From the NCBI GenBank assembly GCA_042219055.1, contig JBDGQN010000070.1:1-59700 (forward strand): a stretch of 59,700 nt of DNA. The letters are read 5' to 3'. Within the stretch, counting starts at the first letter, position 1. Each line of letters opens with the position of its first letter. The notes below the pieces were generated by a model. It saw nothing but the letters and a program-made list of their open reading frames with translations. It had not been told where the DNA came from and made no database searches. The DNA comes from Salinibacter sp. Its GTDB lineage: Bacteria; Bacteroidota; Rhodothermia; Rhodothermales; Salinibacteraceae. This document shows, in pieces, positions 29,756 through 41,375 of this stretch. The translations under genes and the position numbers were made by a program.

Positions 29756-31126
29756 CTACATCCGCTGGACGAGTCCCTTCACTCGTTGGCCCCAGCCGCG
29801 AAGACGAGAGGAATAAGCGTCTGCGAGGGCAAGGAGACCGGCCCCGCCCCAACCTATCCAGATCCAGGGCCAGTACGAGCCGTCGACGTAAAAGAGGTAG
29901 GTGCCGATCGAGCAAAGGCCCAGCCAGAGCCAGTGCCACGAGGGACGTGGGCCCATCACGCCGAGTCCAACGACGGGAAGCAAGTACCACGGATGGACGG
30001 TGGTACTGAGCACGAGGAACGTCCCGAGGAGCAACAGGCACGCGCGCCGAAATGACCAGTCCCGCCAGGCGTCGAGGACGTAGAGGACCGGAAGCGTGGC
30101 AAGAAAGAGGCCTCGAAAGAGGGGTCCGATGGTTTTGCTCCAATCGGCCCCGGTCTTGATCCAGAGCAGGTGCTTCACGACGTAGTACGGCCCGGCATTG
30201 AACTCAAAGAGCTCCGCGAAGAGGTCTACCGACGCTTTCACGTGTGGAAGGACGTACGGCGCCGCGTAGGGAAGACTGAGTCCGAGCACTAAGAGCGCCC
30301 CCGGCCACACGGCCCGCCACCCGAACCGTCGGAGCAGGTACGGACCGAGCGCAAACGGATAGATTTTCACGAAGCCGGCCCCCGCAACGGCGAGGGACGC
30401 GAGCCGCCCCTTCCGATGTTGCACCGCCCAGACAGCGCCAAAGAGGAGGGGCACGAGCAGGGCTTCGGTGTGCCCCTGCCCCGCGGTCTCGACGAGTACG
30501 AGTGGATTCCAGGCGTACAGCAGGACCGTGCGGGCCGTAGCGAGCCGGGCCAGCAAAAGGACGCCCGCAAACTCGACCGCAACGAACATCGCCTTGAGCA
30601 GATAATACGACGGCATCCAGTGCCCGTCGTAGACCGAGGCCCCTAGGGCGAAGAAGGCCTGCGACAGGGGCGGATAGATGGTGTAGTAGTCCGGGGAGTT
30701 CATCTTCCCGAAAAGCGCCGTATCCTGAAAGGCCGTCAGTTGAGGGTTCGAGGGAACGTAATGATAGGGATTGATCCCTTTCCACTGGAGCCATCCGTCC
30801 CAGATGTAGCGGAAGGGATCGTCGGTGAGTCCCGGCAGGAGTGGAAGGAAGGCAAGCCGAAGGAGCAAGGCACCCCAAAGAACCTCCTGCATAGTGACCG
30901 AATCACGACGCCAGAGCAAGACAAGCCCTCCTCCGGCGGCGAACGAGGTTCCCACAAAGACCGGCCAAAGCGAGGGGAAGGCGACCCAGACGGGACACAG
31001 TCCCAAGACGACGCCGGTCGCAAGCAGCAATCCCCGAGAAGAGTCATCGCTCCGACCAGCGCGAAGGACATCCACGATCGTACACATTTGTCCCGACGTC
31101 AACGTGTGGCCTGGTCCGTGGGCCAC
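29756..31126 (-). CDS. Polytopic GT-C glycosyltransferase (GT87/DUF2029-like)
   Basis: TDDPFRYIWDG, TIYPPLSQ, YAWNPLVLVE, GH.E, VHPWY and many TM helices. Confidence 0.85.
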   Translation of the reverse strand: MAHGPGHTLTSGQMCTIVDVLRAGRSDDSSRGLLLATGVVLGLCPVWVAFPSLWPVFVGTSFAAGGGLVLLWRRDSVTMQEVLWGALLLRLAFLPLLPGLTDDPFRYIWDGWLQWKGINPYHYVPSNPQLTAFQDTALFGKMNSPDYYTIYPPLSQAFFALGASVYDGHWMPSYYLLKAMFVAVEFAGVLLLARLATARTVLLYAWNPLVLVETAGQGHTEALLVPLLFGAVWAVQHRKGRLASLAVAGAGFVKIYPFALGPYLLRRFGWRAVWPGALLVLGLSLPYAAPYVLPHVKASVDLFAELFEFNAGPYYVVKHLLWIKTGADWSKTIGPLFRGLFLATLPVLYVLDAWRDWSFRRACLLLLGTFLVLSTTVHPWYLLPVVGLGVMGPRPSWHWLWLGLCSIGTYLFYVDGSYWPWIWIGWGGAGLLALADAYSSRLRGWGQRVKGLVQRM

Positions 31127-31148
31127 CCCCCGATCACTGTTACGAGGA

Positions 31149-34100
31149 TCAACGAATCACCGCAGCTTTCTTAATCACGGGCGATGCATCCGGCGCCTGC
31201 ACCCGAACAAGGTAGATGCCGGAGGGCACCTTCTCGCCCCGACGGGTGCGGAGGTTCCAGGTAATCCCACCATCCCGGGTGTCCCCAACAGTGAGTTTCT
31301 CGACCAGGCGACCCGACGGACTGTAGATCCGAATCTTCGCGTCCTGAGGCAACCCTGCCACCGTCAGCTTCGGCGCGTGACGGGAAAGCTCGATCGGATT
31401 CGGGTAGACCTTCACGCTGGCGAGTCCGTCGGCGGGCTGTGTAAGCCGAACCGTCGCGCCCTCATCGGCGAGTTTGGCGCCCTCTACACTGCGCAGCGAG
31501 GACAGCTCGAGGGATGCCTCGTAGCCGCTGGCGCCGGCGATGATGCCATCCAGAGTGAGCGTTACGGCGGTCGGCGGGCTCCCCTCCGCCTCTACACGTT
31601 CGACAGTGCCCCGGGGACGCACCTGATAGTTGTCCGGGTCCCGGGCCGTGGACGTCACAAGGGGAGCGCTAAACGTGAGGCGCACCCGTTGCTCCGCGAG
31701 CACGGTAAAGTCCTTCACAATGAGCGAGCGGTCCGGGGCCGAGGGAAAAGACACCTCCACCTCCCTCTGTGCCACCGGCAGACCCGTGACGTCCGATAGG
31801 CGGGTCCATGCCAGCAAACGCCTCTGCCCTGCCACCGCGTCCGAGAACCGGAGAACAAGTCCCCGCTTGCCATTGGTGCGCACGACCGTCTGGGGGGATC
31901 CGTAGGACGTGAGCGAAAACTGGCTGGGACGGGGCGACGACTCCACGGGTTCTGTAAACCGGAGACGAACGGATGAGGGGTTTGGATACTCGACCGTCGC
32001 CACCGTAGCCGAATCGTGCGGCCGAACGAGCCGCCCAGGCGAGAGCGGAGAAGATGCGCCGTCAGTCCACGCCTTGAGGGCAAAGCGAAGCCGCGAGGGG
32101 TCCGCAATCGCGACGGACGAGTCAGAGGTCGACGTTACCGGGTCGAGGTCTGCGCCGGGCGGACCCGCGTATACGGTGACCGAGTCTGCATTCGGGGCCC
32201 GCCACTCCAGACGGCTGCCGCTTGGCCCCGTGGGCACGGCCTGCACCCAGCGCGGCGGCGGGTGCTCCGTCGCGGACGGGTTGACGGTGTAGCGGCGGAG
32301 CGTTTCGCCCGTGGTGGCCGCGAAGAGCGACGGGCGGTCGTTCCCGTCGAAGTCCGCCGCCACCAGCGCCCGAGTGCGCACGAACGGACGCTGCCGATTT
32401 TGATGAAGAACACGCATCTCGCCCGACGCGGAGCGCCCCACGACGAAGAGGGACGGTGGATGAGCAATCGCAATCTCATCCCGAGCATCGCCGTCAAAAT
32501 CGGCAGCGGTCATGGCCCCCAGCGACCGCTCCCCGGCCACGGGCAGGCGGTAAAGACGCTCGTAGGCATCGTCTCCCACCGCGCCCCACACGTGGTAGTA
32601 GCTAATCCGCGGCTCTGCGTCTCCCCCACCAGGCGGGAATGGCGTGTACGTATTGTGCGTCACAAATTCCGGCTGTCCGTCCCCGGTCACGTCTCCCATT
32701 GCAAACCGATCGGATGCCTCAAAGCGATCTGTCTCGTGCGTCCACGCCACCTCCAAGGTCCCGCCCCCGGTCGCTTCATAGACAACCCAGTTCCCCGCCT
32801 GGTCGCCGACGAGCAGATCGCGCCGCCCGTCACCATCAAAGTCCCCCGTCGCCGCGTGAGGCGCACTCCGGGTGGTATCGGGACGGCCGTGCGCCGTCGG
32901 ATTCTCAAGCCGCTGGCGCAGTGTAAAAGAATCATCGTTCCACTCTAAGATCCGCCACTCGGTCCGCGTGGAATCCGTTCGCCAGTTGCCCACAATTTCT
33001 CCATTCCCGTCCCGATCGAGATCGGTCAGTCGAGCTCCGTGGAGAGAGGGGCCCTCCAGCGATTGACTGACGGCACTCGTATCGGCCCAGACGAGATGAT
33101 TCGGAAGAAGCGATGCGCCGCGCTGCTCCAACAAGATGGTCGCTCCATTGACCTGAAGGAGAAATTCCTGCTGCCCATCCTGATCTGTGTCGCCGACATC
33201 CTTTGGAATAAGACGGGCCAGAAGTGTGTCGGCGGGAGCGAATCCCGACGGTTGTTGCACCTGCTCGAAGGCGCGGACGGTGTCGGAAAGCCCCCCCCGC
33301 CGGGTGGCATATTGGTTGACGATGAGTTCAGGAAGACTGTCCTCATCGAAGTCCGGAGCCCTGGGAAGAAGAGTTCCGGCCGGTAGATTGGTGGCTTGGG
33401 CTTGGAAATATGAGGGGTTCGCCGCATTTGCGGGAACCGAGACTGTGCGGACAATCGTCGTGTCAAGATCGCTTCGGTTCGTCAGCGTGATCCGCACGGA
33501 CGCCTCGCCGCCAAGCCCGCTCTCATCGGCCCAGGTGAGACCCTGATGTTCGGACACGTACTCGCCCTCCCGGACGTACGTGTTTCCCCGTATGCGCACT
33601 TCCATCCGGGACGTAACAGTGTCGTCGGAGACGATGTCGGCCAGAATGCCCGTGTGGTTCTCCACGCGTCCGGCCCCGACAAACTGAACGGACGCTGCCG
33701 GGGGGGTCGAATCGAGCACCACGCGTCGACGGTCCTCGATGGTTCGCCCGTCCGTCAAGGTCGTCACCAGACGAAGCGTGTACGCCCCGTCCTCAAGAGA
33801 GTCAATGGCCGGGACATCCCAGGTCGCCAGGGTGTCCTGCCGTACACGCGTCTCCACCGGTCCGGCAATTTGTGTCCACGGATCCGGGCGGCGGTCGAGG
33901 TTGCGGGTCCCTTCCGCAAAGAAGACCGAATACGACTGAAAGGCCGGGTCGAGGGCCGTGCCGACCACAGGAATGGGGTCCGTGCCCACGAAGCCGCTGT
34001 TGTGTTCGGGCGACTGGAGTTCAGTCCGGGCCGGGTAGGAACGGAGAAGTCCCCGTGCGACGTCCACGCGCCCCGCGCCGGTGGTGTGGTCCCACCCCGC

Positions 34101-35498
34101 CTCGTCGATGTCGGCGGATGTGCCCGTGAGGATGGCCTGGACCGACGCCGGGGAAAGCGTCGAGTCCACCGATCGGAGGAGCGCGGCGGCCCCCGCCACC
34201 TGCGGCGCCGAGAAGGACGACCCGAACGACGCTCCGTATAGATCCTTTTGCCGGATGGGCCGGCCCTCAAGAATACGACCCTGTGGATACTTCGTGGTAA
34301 ACACGCTGGAGCCCGGTGCCCCCAGATCCACGCCGATGCCGTACTGGCTCCGACTGAAGTCCGGCACCCCCTCCCCGTCCTCCGCCAACCACAGCACCGA
34401 AATCACCGGGGGGTAATCGGACGGATAGTGAGGTTTGCCGACCGCCCCATCGTTCCCCGCGGAGGCGACTACGACGGTCCCCTGTGAGATGGCGTAGTCG
34501 ATGGCCTCTCGGAGCAATGGTGCGGACCGCTCCCGCCCAAAGGAGAGATTGAGAACGTCAATGTTCTCGTTGGCGGCGTACAGAATCGCCGCAGCAAGGT
34601 CGTCGGTCTGCCCCACTCCATCGCCGCCGATGGCCCGCAACGCCACCAGCCGCGTCTTCGGCGCAACGCCTACCATGCCAGTCCCAGCATTCTCGGGACG
34701 AGCCGCCACGACGCCCGCAACGGACGTTGCGTGGCCTGCATAGAAGCCCAACGAGTCCGGCGACGGGTCGGGGTCTCGGTTCTGGTACTCCCCCTCGGCG
34801 ACGACCGTGGGCCGATCGACGAAGTCGTACCCGTGGACGTCGTCAACGTAGCCGTTGCCGTCCCCATCCTTCCCATTCACCGTTTCGCGCGGGTTTGACC
34901 AGAACTGGCCGACCAGATCTGGATGGTCGAAGTAGATCCCTGTATCTACGATCCCCACGCTCACCGACCTGTCCCCGAGGGTCTCATCCCACCCATCGAG
35001 GGCCCGGATTACAGAGAGGTGGTCGAGACTATCGGCAAGCGCGTTGTCCGCGAGAATCGAATCGGACGGAGGGGCGTCAGCCCCATTCGTCCGGGAGGCC
35101 GAATCCAGAGTGTATTCAACGTTGGGATGCACGTACTGCACCTCCGGGCGCCGACGAAAACGGTTCAGGACAGTCGACAGCGCCGACGAGTCTCGGAGCA
35201 CGAGAGTGAATGCAGGAATGGGACTGTGAGCTCCCTGCTGATTCTTTTTCGGACTGGAGGCTGGTGAAAATACAGCCTCGGTAGACCGAACCCCGGCCAT
35301 GAGCGAATCACCGCCCTGCTTTGAGGTCGGCGAGCGGAGGCGATCTATAAAAAAGGACGGTGCAGAATCCGCTGCCCGCACGATGATCTGCGGGGCGGAT
35401 CCCTCAGGAGACTGGGCTCTTCCCGCTTTGGGAGCTAATACCACCAGCAGTAAAAGGCTGCCTAGTATTTTTAGGTCTTCGTTTGCAATAACAGACAT
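31149..35498 (-). CDS. Secreted S8 (subtilisin-like) serine peptidase with FG-GAP repeats and T9SS C-terminal domain
   Basis: Triad IVDTG / GHATSVAG / GSSFSAPQVAG; repeated GDFDGDG motifs; C-terminal VYPNP...SGIYLVRV. Confidence 0.9.
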   Translation of the reverse strand: MSVIANEDLKILGSLLLLVVLAPKAGRAQSPEGSAPQIIVRAADSAPSFFIDRLRSPTSKQGGDSLMAGVRSTEAVFSPASSPKKNQQGAHSPIPAFTLVLRDSSALSTVLNRFRRRPEVQYVHPNVEYTLDSASRTNGADAPPSDSILADNALADSLDHLSVIRALDGWDETLGDRSVSVGIVDTGIYFDHPDLVGQFWSNPRETVNGKDGDGNGYVDDVHGYDFVDRPTVVAEGEYQNRDPDPSPDSLGFYAGHATSVAGVVAARPENAGTGMVGVAPKTRLVALRAIGGDGVGQTDDLAAAILYAANENIDVLNLSFGRERSAPLLREAIDYAISQGTVVVASAGNDGAVGKPHYPSDYPPVISVLWLAEDGEGVPDFSRSQYGIGVDLGAPGSSVFTTKYPQGRILEGRPIRQKDLYGASFGSSFSAPQVAGAAALLRSVDSTLSPASVQAILTGTSADIDEAGWDHTTGAGRVDVARGLLRSYPARTELQSPEHNSGFVGTDPIPVVGTALDPAFQSYSVFFAEGTRNLDRRPDPWTQIAGPVETRVRQDTLATWDVPAIDSLEDGAYTLRLVTTLTDGRTIEDRRRVVLDSTPPAASVQFVGAGRVENHTGILADIVSDDTVTSRMEVRIRGNTYVREGEYVSEHQGLTWADESGLGGEASVRITLTNRSDLDTTIVRTVSVPANAANPSYFQAQATNLPAGTLLPRAPDFDEDSLPELIVNQYATRRGGLSDTVRAFEQVQQPSGFAPADTLLARLIPKDVGDTDQDGQQEFLLQVNGATILLEQRGASLLPNHLVWADTSAVSQSLEGPSLHGARLTDLDRDGNGEIVGNWRTDSTRTEWRILEWNDDSFTLRQRLENPTAHGRPDTTRSAPHAATGDFDGDGRRDLLVGDQAGNWVVYEATGGGTLEVAWTHETDRFEASDRFAMGDVTGDGQPEFVTHNTYTPFPPGGGDAEPRISYYHVWGAVGDDAYERLYRLPVAGERSLGAMTAADFDGDARDEIAIAHPPSLFVVGRSASGEMRVLHQNRQRPFVRTRALVAADFDGNDRPSLFAATTGETLRRYTVNPSATEHPPPRWVQAVPTGPSGSRLEWRAPNADSVTVYAGPPGADLDPVTSTSDSSVAIADPSRLRFALKAWTDGASSPLSPGRLVRPHDSATVATVEYPNPSSVRLRFTEPVESSPRPSQFSLTSYGSPQTVVRTNGKRGLVLRFSDAVAGQRRLLAWTRLSDVTGLPVAQREVEVSFPSAPDRSLIVKDFTVLAEQRVRLTFSAPLVTSTARDPDNYQVRPRGTVERVEAEGSPPTAVTLTLDGIIAGASGYEASLELSSLRSVEGAKLADEGATVRLTQPADGLASVKVYPNPIELSRHAPKLTVAGLPQDAKIRIYSPSGRLVEKLTVGDTRDGGITWNLRTRRGEKVPSGIYLVRVQAPDASPVIKKAAVIR

Positions 35499-35513
35499 TA
35501 AAGTGTGGAAGAG

Positions 35514-36584
35514 CTACAGAAACAGCAGTTCCTTCGGCGAGCAGGTCAGGTTCTCACACCCGTCGGCACGCAGGACCACGATGTCCTCGATTCGAACACC
35601 GAACCCCTCCTCCGGAACGTAGACGCCCGGCTCAATGGTGACACAGGCCCCCTCCGGAAGCTCCGCGTCCGAGGTGCGAGAAACGGAGGGCCACTCGTGG
35701 ACCTGAAGCCCAAGACCGTGACCCAGCCCATGCGTAAAGTAGTCCCCAAAGTCAGCCTCTTCGAGGACGTCACGGGCCACAGCGTCCAAGTCTTCGCCGG
35801 TCATGCCCGCCTGGGCGGCATCGAGCGCCGCCTCCTGAGCCCGGAGTACAGCGTGGTATCCGCGACGGGCACTAGACCCTGGATCGCCGAGCGCCACCGT
35901 CCGCGTCATGTCTGACGCGTACCCGTTCCAGAACCCACCCATATCGATCACGACCATCTCTCCTTCTTGAAGCGTCCGGTCGGTGGGGCGGGCGTGGGGG
36001 CGAGCTCCATTCGGCCCGGAGGCCACAATGGGATCGAACGACATCGACTCCGCCCCTCGCTTGAGGTGTCGGTAGACGATTTCGGCCGCCACCTCCTGCT
36101 CCGTCATGCCCGGCTCCAGGAGATCGACGACCTCGTCAAACACTGCTTCGGTAATCGACTGGGCCTCGCGGATGCGGTCGACCTCCGCCTCCTCCTTCAC
36201 GGCCACCTGGGGAGTCAGCACCTTCGTCGCGGATACCCACTGCACATCCTCGCTCAGGTCTTCCAGTTCGTCCCGCTTCGCCACACTCACGGCGTCGGCC
36301 TGAAACCCGATCCGGGAGAATCCGGCCACCAAGTCTTCTTCGCCAAGGAGATCCAACAGTCCCTCTTCCGCCACGTGAGCGGTCGCGCCGTCAACCTCTG
36401 CCTCGGCCTGCTCCGTGTAGCGACCGTCCGTCAGGAAGTGCGCCGTGTCGGGCCCCACGAGGAGAAGCCCATTTGTCCCGGTAAAGCCGCAGGCCCACCG
36501 AACGTCCGGCAGGGAGGTCAGCAGAAGCGCGTCCACGTCGAGATCGTCGAGGCGATCCCGGACCTGAGAAATGCGATGAGCCAT
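35514..36584 (-). CDS. Xaa-Pro peptidase (M24 family)
   Basis: TDGRY, YASDMTRT, HGLGHGLGLQVHE, TIEPGVY, GVRIED. Confidence 0.95.
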   Translation of the reverse strand: MAHRISQVRDRLDDLDVDALLLTSLPDVRWACGFTGTNGLLLVGPDTAHFLTDGRYTEQAEAEVDGATAHVAEEGLLDLLGEEDLVAGFSRIGFQADAVSVAKRDELEDLSEDVQWVSATKVLTPQVAVKEEAEVDRIREAQSITEAVFDEVVDLLEPGMTEQEVAAEIVYRHLKRGAESMSFDPIVASGPNGARPHARPTDRTLQEGEMVVIDMGGFWNGYASDMTRTVALGDPGSSARRGYHAVLRAQEAALDAAQAGMTGEDLDAVARDVLEEADFGDYFTHGLGHGLGLQVHEWPSVSRTSDAELPEGACVTIEPGVYVPEEGFGVRIEDIVVLRADGCENLTCSPKELLFL

Positions 36585-36641
36585 CCGTATAACTCGGCGG
36601 GTGAATCTGGATCCGTAGCGGGGAGTGGTGAAGGAGCCAGG

Positions 36642-38168
36642 TCACTCACCGTGGCCGGATCCACCCGAGTAGTAATTGGGAGACTCCTTCGTGATCTCTA
36701 CGTCGTGCGGATGACTCTCCCGCAATCCCGCCGCCGTCGTGCGGACGAACTGAGCGTCTTCGTAGAGCTCCGAAACCGCCTCGCAGCCACAGTAGCCCAT
36801 CGCCGCCTGCAGTCCTCCCTTCATCTGATGAACAACCTCACTAAGCGTGCCGCTGTACGGAACCCGTCCTTCGACGCCCTCAGGCACAAGCTTGCGAAGT
36901 TCGTCCTCAGCGTCCTGGAAATAGCGGTCCTTGCTTCCGTCATCCATCGCCTCTACCGAGCCCATGCCTCGATAGCTCTTGTACTTTCGGCCTTCGTAGA
37001 TAATGGTCTCCCCGGGACTTTCCTCGACACTGGCAAAGAGGCTACCGATCATGACGGCCCCGGCCCCGGCCGCAAGCGCCTTTGGAATGTCCCCCGTCTG
37101 CTTGATGCCGCCGTCCGCAATCACCGGAATGCCGTCCGGGCGCGCTTCCTCAGCACACTCCATTACAGCCGTCAACTGCGGAACCCCGACCCCGGCCACG
37201 ACCCGCGTGGTGCAGATAGAACCGGGCCCAATGCCGACTTTCACACAGTCCACGCCTGCGTCGATGAGGGCTCGGGTGCCTTCCGCCGTCCCCACGTTGC
37301 CCGCCACGATTTCTACCTCGCCGGCAAATCGCGACGAGATGCCCCGGATCGTCTCGAGAACCCCTTCAGCGTGGCCGTGAGCGGTGTCCACCACCACAAA
37401 GTCGACCCCCACCTCCACGAGTGCGGACGCGCGATCGATGACCTCCGGCGTCACCCCAACGGCCGCCCCTACACGCAGCCGACCATGGTCGTCTTTGCAA
37501 GCATTCGGGTGCTTGCGTCGTTTACGGATGTCCTTAAACGTGATGAGGCCCTTCAAGTAGCCGTCATCGTCGACCACCGGCAGCTTCTCGACCTTGTGCT
37601 CCTGTAGCACTTGGACGGCCTCGTCGAGGGTCGTGCCGACCGGCACCGTGACGAGATTCTCTGCGGTCATCATCTCGCGGATGGGCGTGTCGCCCTCCAG
37701 CTCGAACCGCACGTCCCGGTTCGTGACGATGCCTGTCAGCTTGTTGGATTCGTCCACGACCGGGATGCCCCCGATGGAGTAATGACTCATCATGTTGCGG
37801 GCGTCCGCCACCGTATCGTGTGGCGAGATCGTAATTGGATCGAGGATCATCCCGTTCTCCGACCGCTTCACCCGGCGCACCTCTGCGGCCTGCTGCTCGA
37901 TCGACATGTTTTTGTGGAGCACGCCCGCGCCGCCTTGGCGGGCCAGCGCAATGGCCATATCGGCCTCGGTGACCGTATCCATGGCCGCCGAGAGGATCGG
38001 CACGTTCAGTTCAATGCGCTGGGTAAGCTTGGACGAGGTATCGGCCTCGCGGGGCATCACTGTGGAGTGCCCCGGGACGAGGAGCACATCGTCGTAGGTC
38101 AGCCCTTCGGTCTTGATTTTGTCCTCGACCGCAGTGTCGGGAAGTCCGTTGGTGGCCGTCTGGGACAT
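36642..38168 (-). CDS. guaB: IMP dehydrogenase
   Basis: [19 protein letters not shown] pair, [24 protein letters not shown]. Confidence 0.98.
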   Translation of the reverse strand: MSQTATNGLPDTAVEDKIKTEGLTYDDVLLVPGHSTVMPREADTSSKLTQRIELNVPILSAAMDTVTEADMAIALARQGGAGVLHKNMSIEQQAAEVRRVKRSENGMILDPITISPHDTVADARNMMSHYSIGGIPVVDESNKLTGIVTNRDVRFELEGDTPIREMMTAENLVTVPVGTTLDEAVQVLQEHKVEKLPVVDDDGYLKGLITFKDIRKRRKHPNACKDDHGRLRVGAAVGVTPEVIDRASALVEVGVDFVVVDTAHGHAEGVLETIRGISSRFAGEVEIVAGNVGTAEGTRALIDAGVDCVKVGIGPGSICTTRVVAGVGVPQLTAVMECAEEARPDGIPVIADGGIKQTGDIPKALAAGAGAVMIGSLFASVEESPGETIIYEGRKYKSYRGMGSVEAMDDGSKDRYFQDAEDELRKLVPEGVEGRVPYSGTLSEVVHQMKGGLQAAMGYCGCEAVSELYEDAQFVRTTAAGLRESHPHDVEITKESPNYYSGGSGHGE

Positions 38169-38182
38169 CGGTACAGGGGGAG

Positions 38183-38941
38183 TTACGTGTTGAGATCAAC
38201 GCGGTTGTACAGCTCGCGAACTTCGTGGGGCTCCAGGCGTCGCCAATCGCCCCGCTGGAGTTGGCCGGACGTAAGAGTCGCGTATTTGGCCCGTTCAAGT
38301 TGCACAATGTCGTGGCCGAGCGACTCCATCATGCGTCGGATCTGCCGATTCCGGCCCTCGTGCAGTTCCAGGGCAATATCGGTTTTGCGCTGCGGATCAA
38401 GGTAGGCTACCTGATCAGCCGCAGCCTCACCATCGTCGAGATCCACCCCCCGTTTGAGTTGATCGAGCTGGTGGGGCTTCACGCGATCCTGCGCGCGGAC
38501 GTAGTAGATCTTCGGAATCTCGTAGCGGGGATGCATGAGGCGATGGGCAAGGTCTCCATCGTTGGTTACAAGCAGCACGCCCGTGGTATTTCGATCCAGA
38601 CGCCCGACCGGAAACAACCCAGACGGATTGTCTTCGGGGACCCCAATCGCGTCGAGCACCGTCTGCCGGCCCTTCGGATCGTCGGTGGTGCTGATCGTGT
38701 CTTTCGGCTTGTTCAGGAGAATATACTCGAACTCCAGGGGGTAGACCTCCTCCCCGTCCACCGTGACCGTTTGGCCCTCTCGGACCCGGGTTCCGTGCTG
38801 GGTCACTCGCTCGCCATCGATCTTCACGCGCCCTTGCTCTACCAGATCGTCCGCGTCGCGGCGGGAGCACACGCCGGCGTGGGCGATGTACTTATTGATC
38901 CGCATCCCCTCCCGCCCGGTCGGGTCGTCGTGGCTCGCCAT
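38183..38941 (-). CDS. S4-domain rRNA pseudouridine synthase (RluB/RsuA family)
   Basis: [38 protein letters not shown]; follows scpB as rluB typically does. Confidence 0.94.
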   Translation of the reverse strand: MASHDDPTGREGMRINKYIAHAGVCSRRDADDLVEQGRVKIDGERVTQHGTRVREGQTVTVDGEEVYPLEFEYILLNKPKDTISTTDDPKGRQTVLDAIGVPEDNPSGLFPVGRLDRNTTGVLLVTNDGDLAHRLMHPRYEIPKIYYVRAQDRVKPHQLDQLKRGVDLDDGEAAADQVAYLDPQRKTDIALELHEGRNRQIRRMMESLGHDIVQLERAKYATLTSGQLQRGDWRRLEPHEVRELYNRVDLNT

Positions 38942-39006
38942 GGTAAGAGGGATCAGTTAAGGGATCAGTTCGTGGAGTCGTCTCGCCGGGACGGCTTTGC
39001 CAACTC

Positions 39007-39750
39007 CTATTTTGTCGCTTCATCATCGGCCGCGTCTCCCGCCTCGGCATCGAGCATGTCGACCGAGATGCCCTCCTCCCGGTCCAGTTGCAGCAGCTTT
39101 GCACGCTCGTCGTCGAACGCCGGATCGTCGAGCAGATCCTCCACCTCCCGGAGCGTCGGCAGATCGTCGAGGGTATCGAGGCCGAACTGTTCAAGAAAGC
39201 GGTCGGTGGTGCCATAGAGCAATGGACGCCCGACCGAGTCGGCCCGTCCCTCCACGTTGGCGAGATCCATCTCCAAGAGCTTTCGAATGGCGTAATCCGA
39301 ATTTACCCCCCGGACAAAGTCGACCTCCGGGCGTGTGACGGGCTGCCGGTACGCAATCACTGCGAGCGTTTCCATGAGGGAGCGGGAGAGGCTCGTCTCT
39401 TGCTCCTCCACGTAGTACGTCTTTGCGAACGGCGCAAGCGACGAGCGAGTGACCATCCGGTAGCCGCCCGCCCAGTGCTTAATCTCAAGCGCCCGCCCCT
39501 GCGTCTGATACGTTTCATTGAGCTCCTCCACGACCGATTCCACCTCTGCCTCCGAGGGCGGCGGACGACCGGTCACCTCAGCCACAATCTCAGCGATCCG
39601 CTGCGGGGGAACCGGCTCGTCGGCAGCAAAGATGATGGCCTCAGCCGCTTCCGTGAGCGTGTGGTCGTCCGCCGCGGCCCCCCCATCGTGGGACGAGGCA
39701 GGAGCCTCATCGGCAGGCACGGACTTGGCGGACGCATCATTGGAAGCCAT
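39007..39750 (-). CDS. scpB: SMC-Scp complex subunit ScpB
   Basis: EAIIFAA, LSRSLMETLAVIAYRQPVTR...RGV, GRPLLYGTTDRFLEQFGL. Confidence 0.96.
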   Translation of the reverse strand: MASNDASAKSVPADEAPASSHDGGAAADDHTLTEAAEAIIFAADEPVPPQRIAEIVAEVTGRPPPSEAEVESVVEELNETYQTQGRALEIKHWAGGYRMVTRSSLAPFAKTYYVEEQETSLSRSLMETLAVIAYRQPVTRPEVDFVRGVNSDYAIRKLLEMDLANVEGRADSVGRPLLYGTTDRFLEQFGLDTLDDLPTLREVEDLLDDPAFDDERAKLLQLDREEGISVDMLDAEAGDAADDEATK

Positions 39751-39842
39751 ACAGAGGGGTTCCGGGGGGGGTTTCGGGGGTAGGCACAAAATGGACGGTA
39801 GGGGACCACGGAGGAAAACGGTCCGACGACCGAGAGCGGGCC

Positions 39843-40361
39843 TCAGGAAATAGACTGAAACGTGGACGGAAGCCCGTCTTCCTCCCCACTCGCCGAGAGA
39901 TCCGGGCGCGAGGGCGCATCTGCAGGCGGCTTCTCTCCGGTGCAGTACGCTTCGAACGCCCCGACGAGGTCCTCGGCAATGACAGGGGCTTGCCGCCCTT
40001 CAATGTGCTTCCGCTCTACTACGTAAACGGGCTGACCGTCGCGAAAGAGGGCGAAAAAGGGAGAAGACGGCGGAATGCCCGCCAAGTACTCTCGGGCACG
40101 CTCCGTCGCTTCGAGGTCCTGCCCTGCAAAGACCGTCACGTAGCGGTCCGGCTGCGACTCGGCGGCCTCCATGGCCTGAGCGACGGCGGGGCGGGCATTG
40201 CCCGCGGCACAGCCACACACTGAGTTGATGACGAGCAAGATCGTTTCGTCCTCGGGATTCGCGAAGACATCATCGACCTCTTCAGGCGTGCGAAGCTCTT
40301 CGACCCCGAGTTGCGTCAGCTCCTCACGCATGGGGTTCACCATCTGCTTGGGGTACGGCAT
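39843..40361 (-). CDS. BrxA/BrxB family bacilliredoxin
   Basis: INSVCGCAAGNARP, TVFAGQD, PPSSP, ERKHIEGR. Confidence 0.94.
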   Translation of the reverse strand: MPYPKQMVNPMREELTQLGVEELRTPEEVDDVFANPEDETILLVINSVCGCAAGNARPAVAQAMEAAESQPDRYVTVFAGQDLEATERAREYLAGIPPSSPFFALFRDGQPVYVVERKHIEGRQAPVIAEDLVGAFEAYCTGEKPPADAPSRPDLSASGEEDGLPSTFQSIS

Positions 40362-40779
40362 AAATTAGCTACATCATTCCTGAAGGGGAAAGACGCGAGT
40401 CTCCTCTCCGGGGAGGACGAAGAGGATGAGGAAGATGCAACGACCGGCGGGATGGGTTGATCCGTACACGCGACGTAGGTCGGGTCGTATGCGGGCCGTA
40501 TGAAAGGGTCGAATCGCGCTGGGGCTGTCCCGGGGCGATGCCAACGATTTTGAAGCGTGCCGCCCAGTGCTCCAACAATTTTCCTGAGACGGCACCATTC
40601 CCCCGCCGCTAGGCGTCGTAGATCTGGAATCAGAGAGTGTCCCCTCGACGCTCCCCCACTCGACTGTTTGACCGGTGATTGTCGCCCTTTCCGCTGCACG
40701 ACGGTTGACTCTGACGATCTCGATGCCTGCATTGTACGATACCCCTTTGAGACAGCCCTGTTACTCATCAATCTCACCC

Positions 40780-40968
40780 ATGAACGCCAACACCGTCATC
40801 CTGCTCGTAGAAGCCGTACTCGTCGTCGGATTGTCCTCGTACGTCTGGTTCGGGGTCCAAAGCGCCGACGAGATTTCCACTCCACACTGGGCCGCGCTGT
40901 TTGTACTGGTTCTTCTTCTCATCGCCTTTGCGGTAACCATGTATTTCAATCCGCTGGCATTAAAGTGA
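40780..40968 (+). CDS. Small 2-TM hypothetical membrane protein
   Basis: MNANTVILLVEAVLVVGLSSYVWF...WAALFVLVLLLIAFAVTMYF. Confidence 0.55.
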   Translation: MNANTVILLVEAVLVVGLSSYVWFGVQSADEISTPHWAALFVLVLLLIAFAVTMYFNPLALK

Positions 40969-41073
40969 TGTTCTCCGCCCTGACAGTTCCTTCCCTTCCG
41001 TCGATTCGCTTGCTTTCCCCTTCTGCTCATCCTCGATCTCGGCAGCACCGAGGCGCCGTTCGACAAAAGCAAT

Positions 41074-41114
41074 ACGCCCCTGATGGTGCCGGCTAACGGC
41101 ACTCGGGGGCGTTT
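41074..41114. repeat. 41-bp hairpin, copy 1 (left boundary of mcrBC islet)
   Basis: ACGCCCCTGATGGTGCCGGCTAACGGCACTCGGGGGCGTTT; 30/41 identical to 45758-45798. Confidence 0.6.
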
Positions 41115-41375
41115 CGATAGGGGACTTGGAACATGCAACTCACGAGCTGGAGCGAGGCCTCAGCGTCTGAAAACGTCGATCGCCGAAAATCGGCTGACCG
41201 TATGCTGACCAAACTGTTCGATTCGCCCGGTGGAGTCGGTCAGTCTTCACGTCAACAAGTACCGCCGCTGAGTTCCAGTTCTCCCCCTTCAACGCCATTC
41301 AAGGTCGAAGGGAAAGAAACGCAAACCGGAGCGTAAGGGCCAGTCCAGAAGCAATTCACAATCGGTCCAAAAACC

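Noticed and set aside
38948-38970. Tandem AGGGATCAGTT duplication between scpB and rluB
   Set aside because: Two copies only; most simply a local slippage duplication with no evidence of function.
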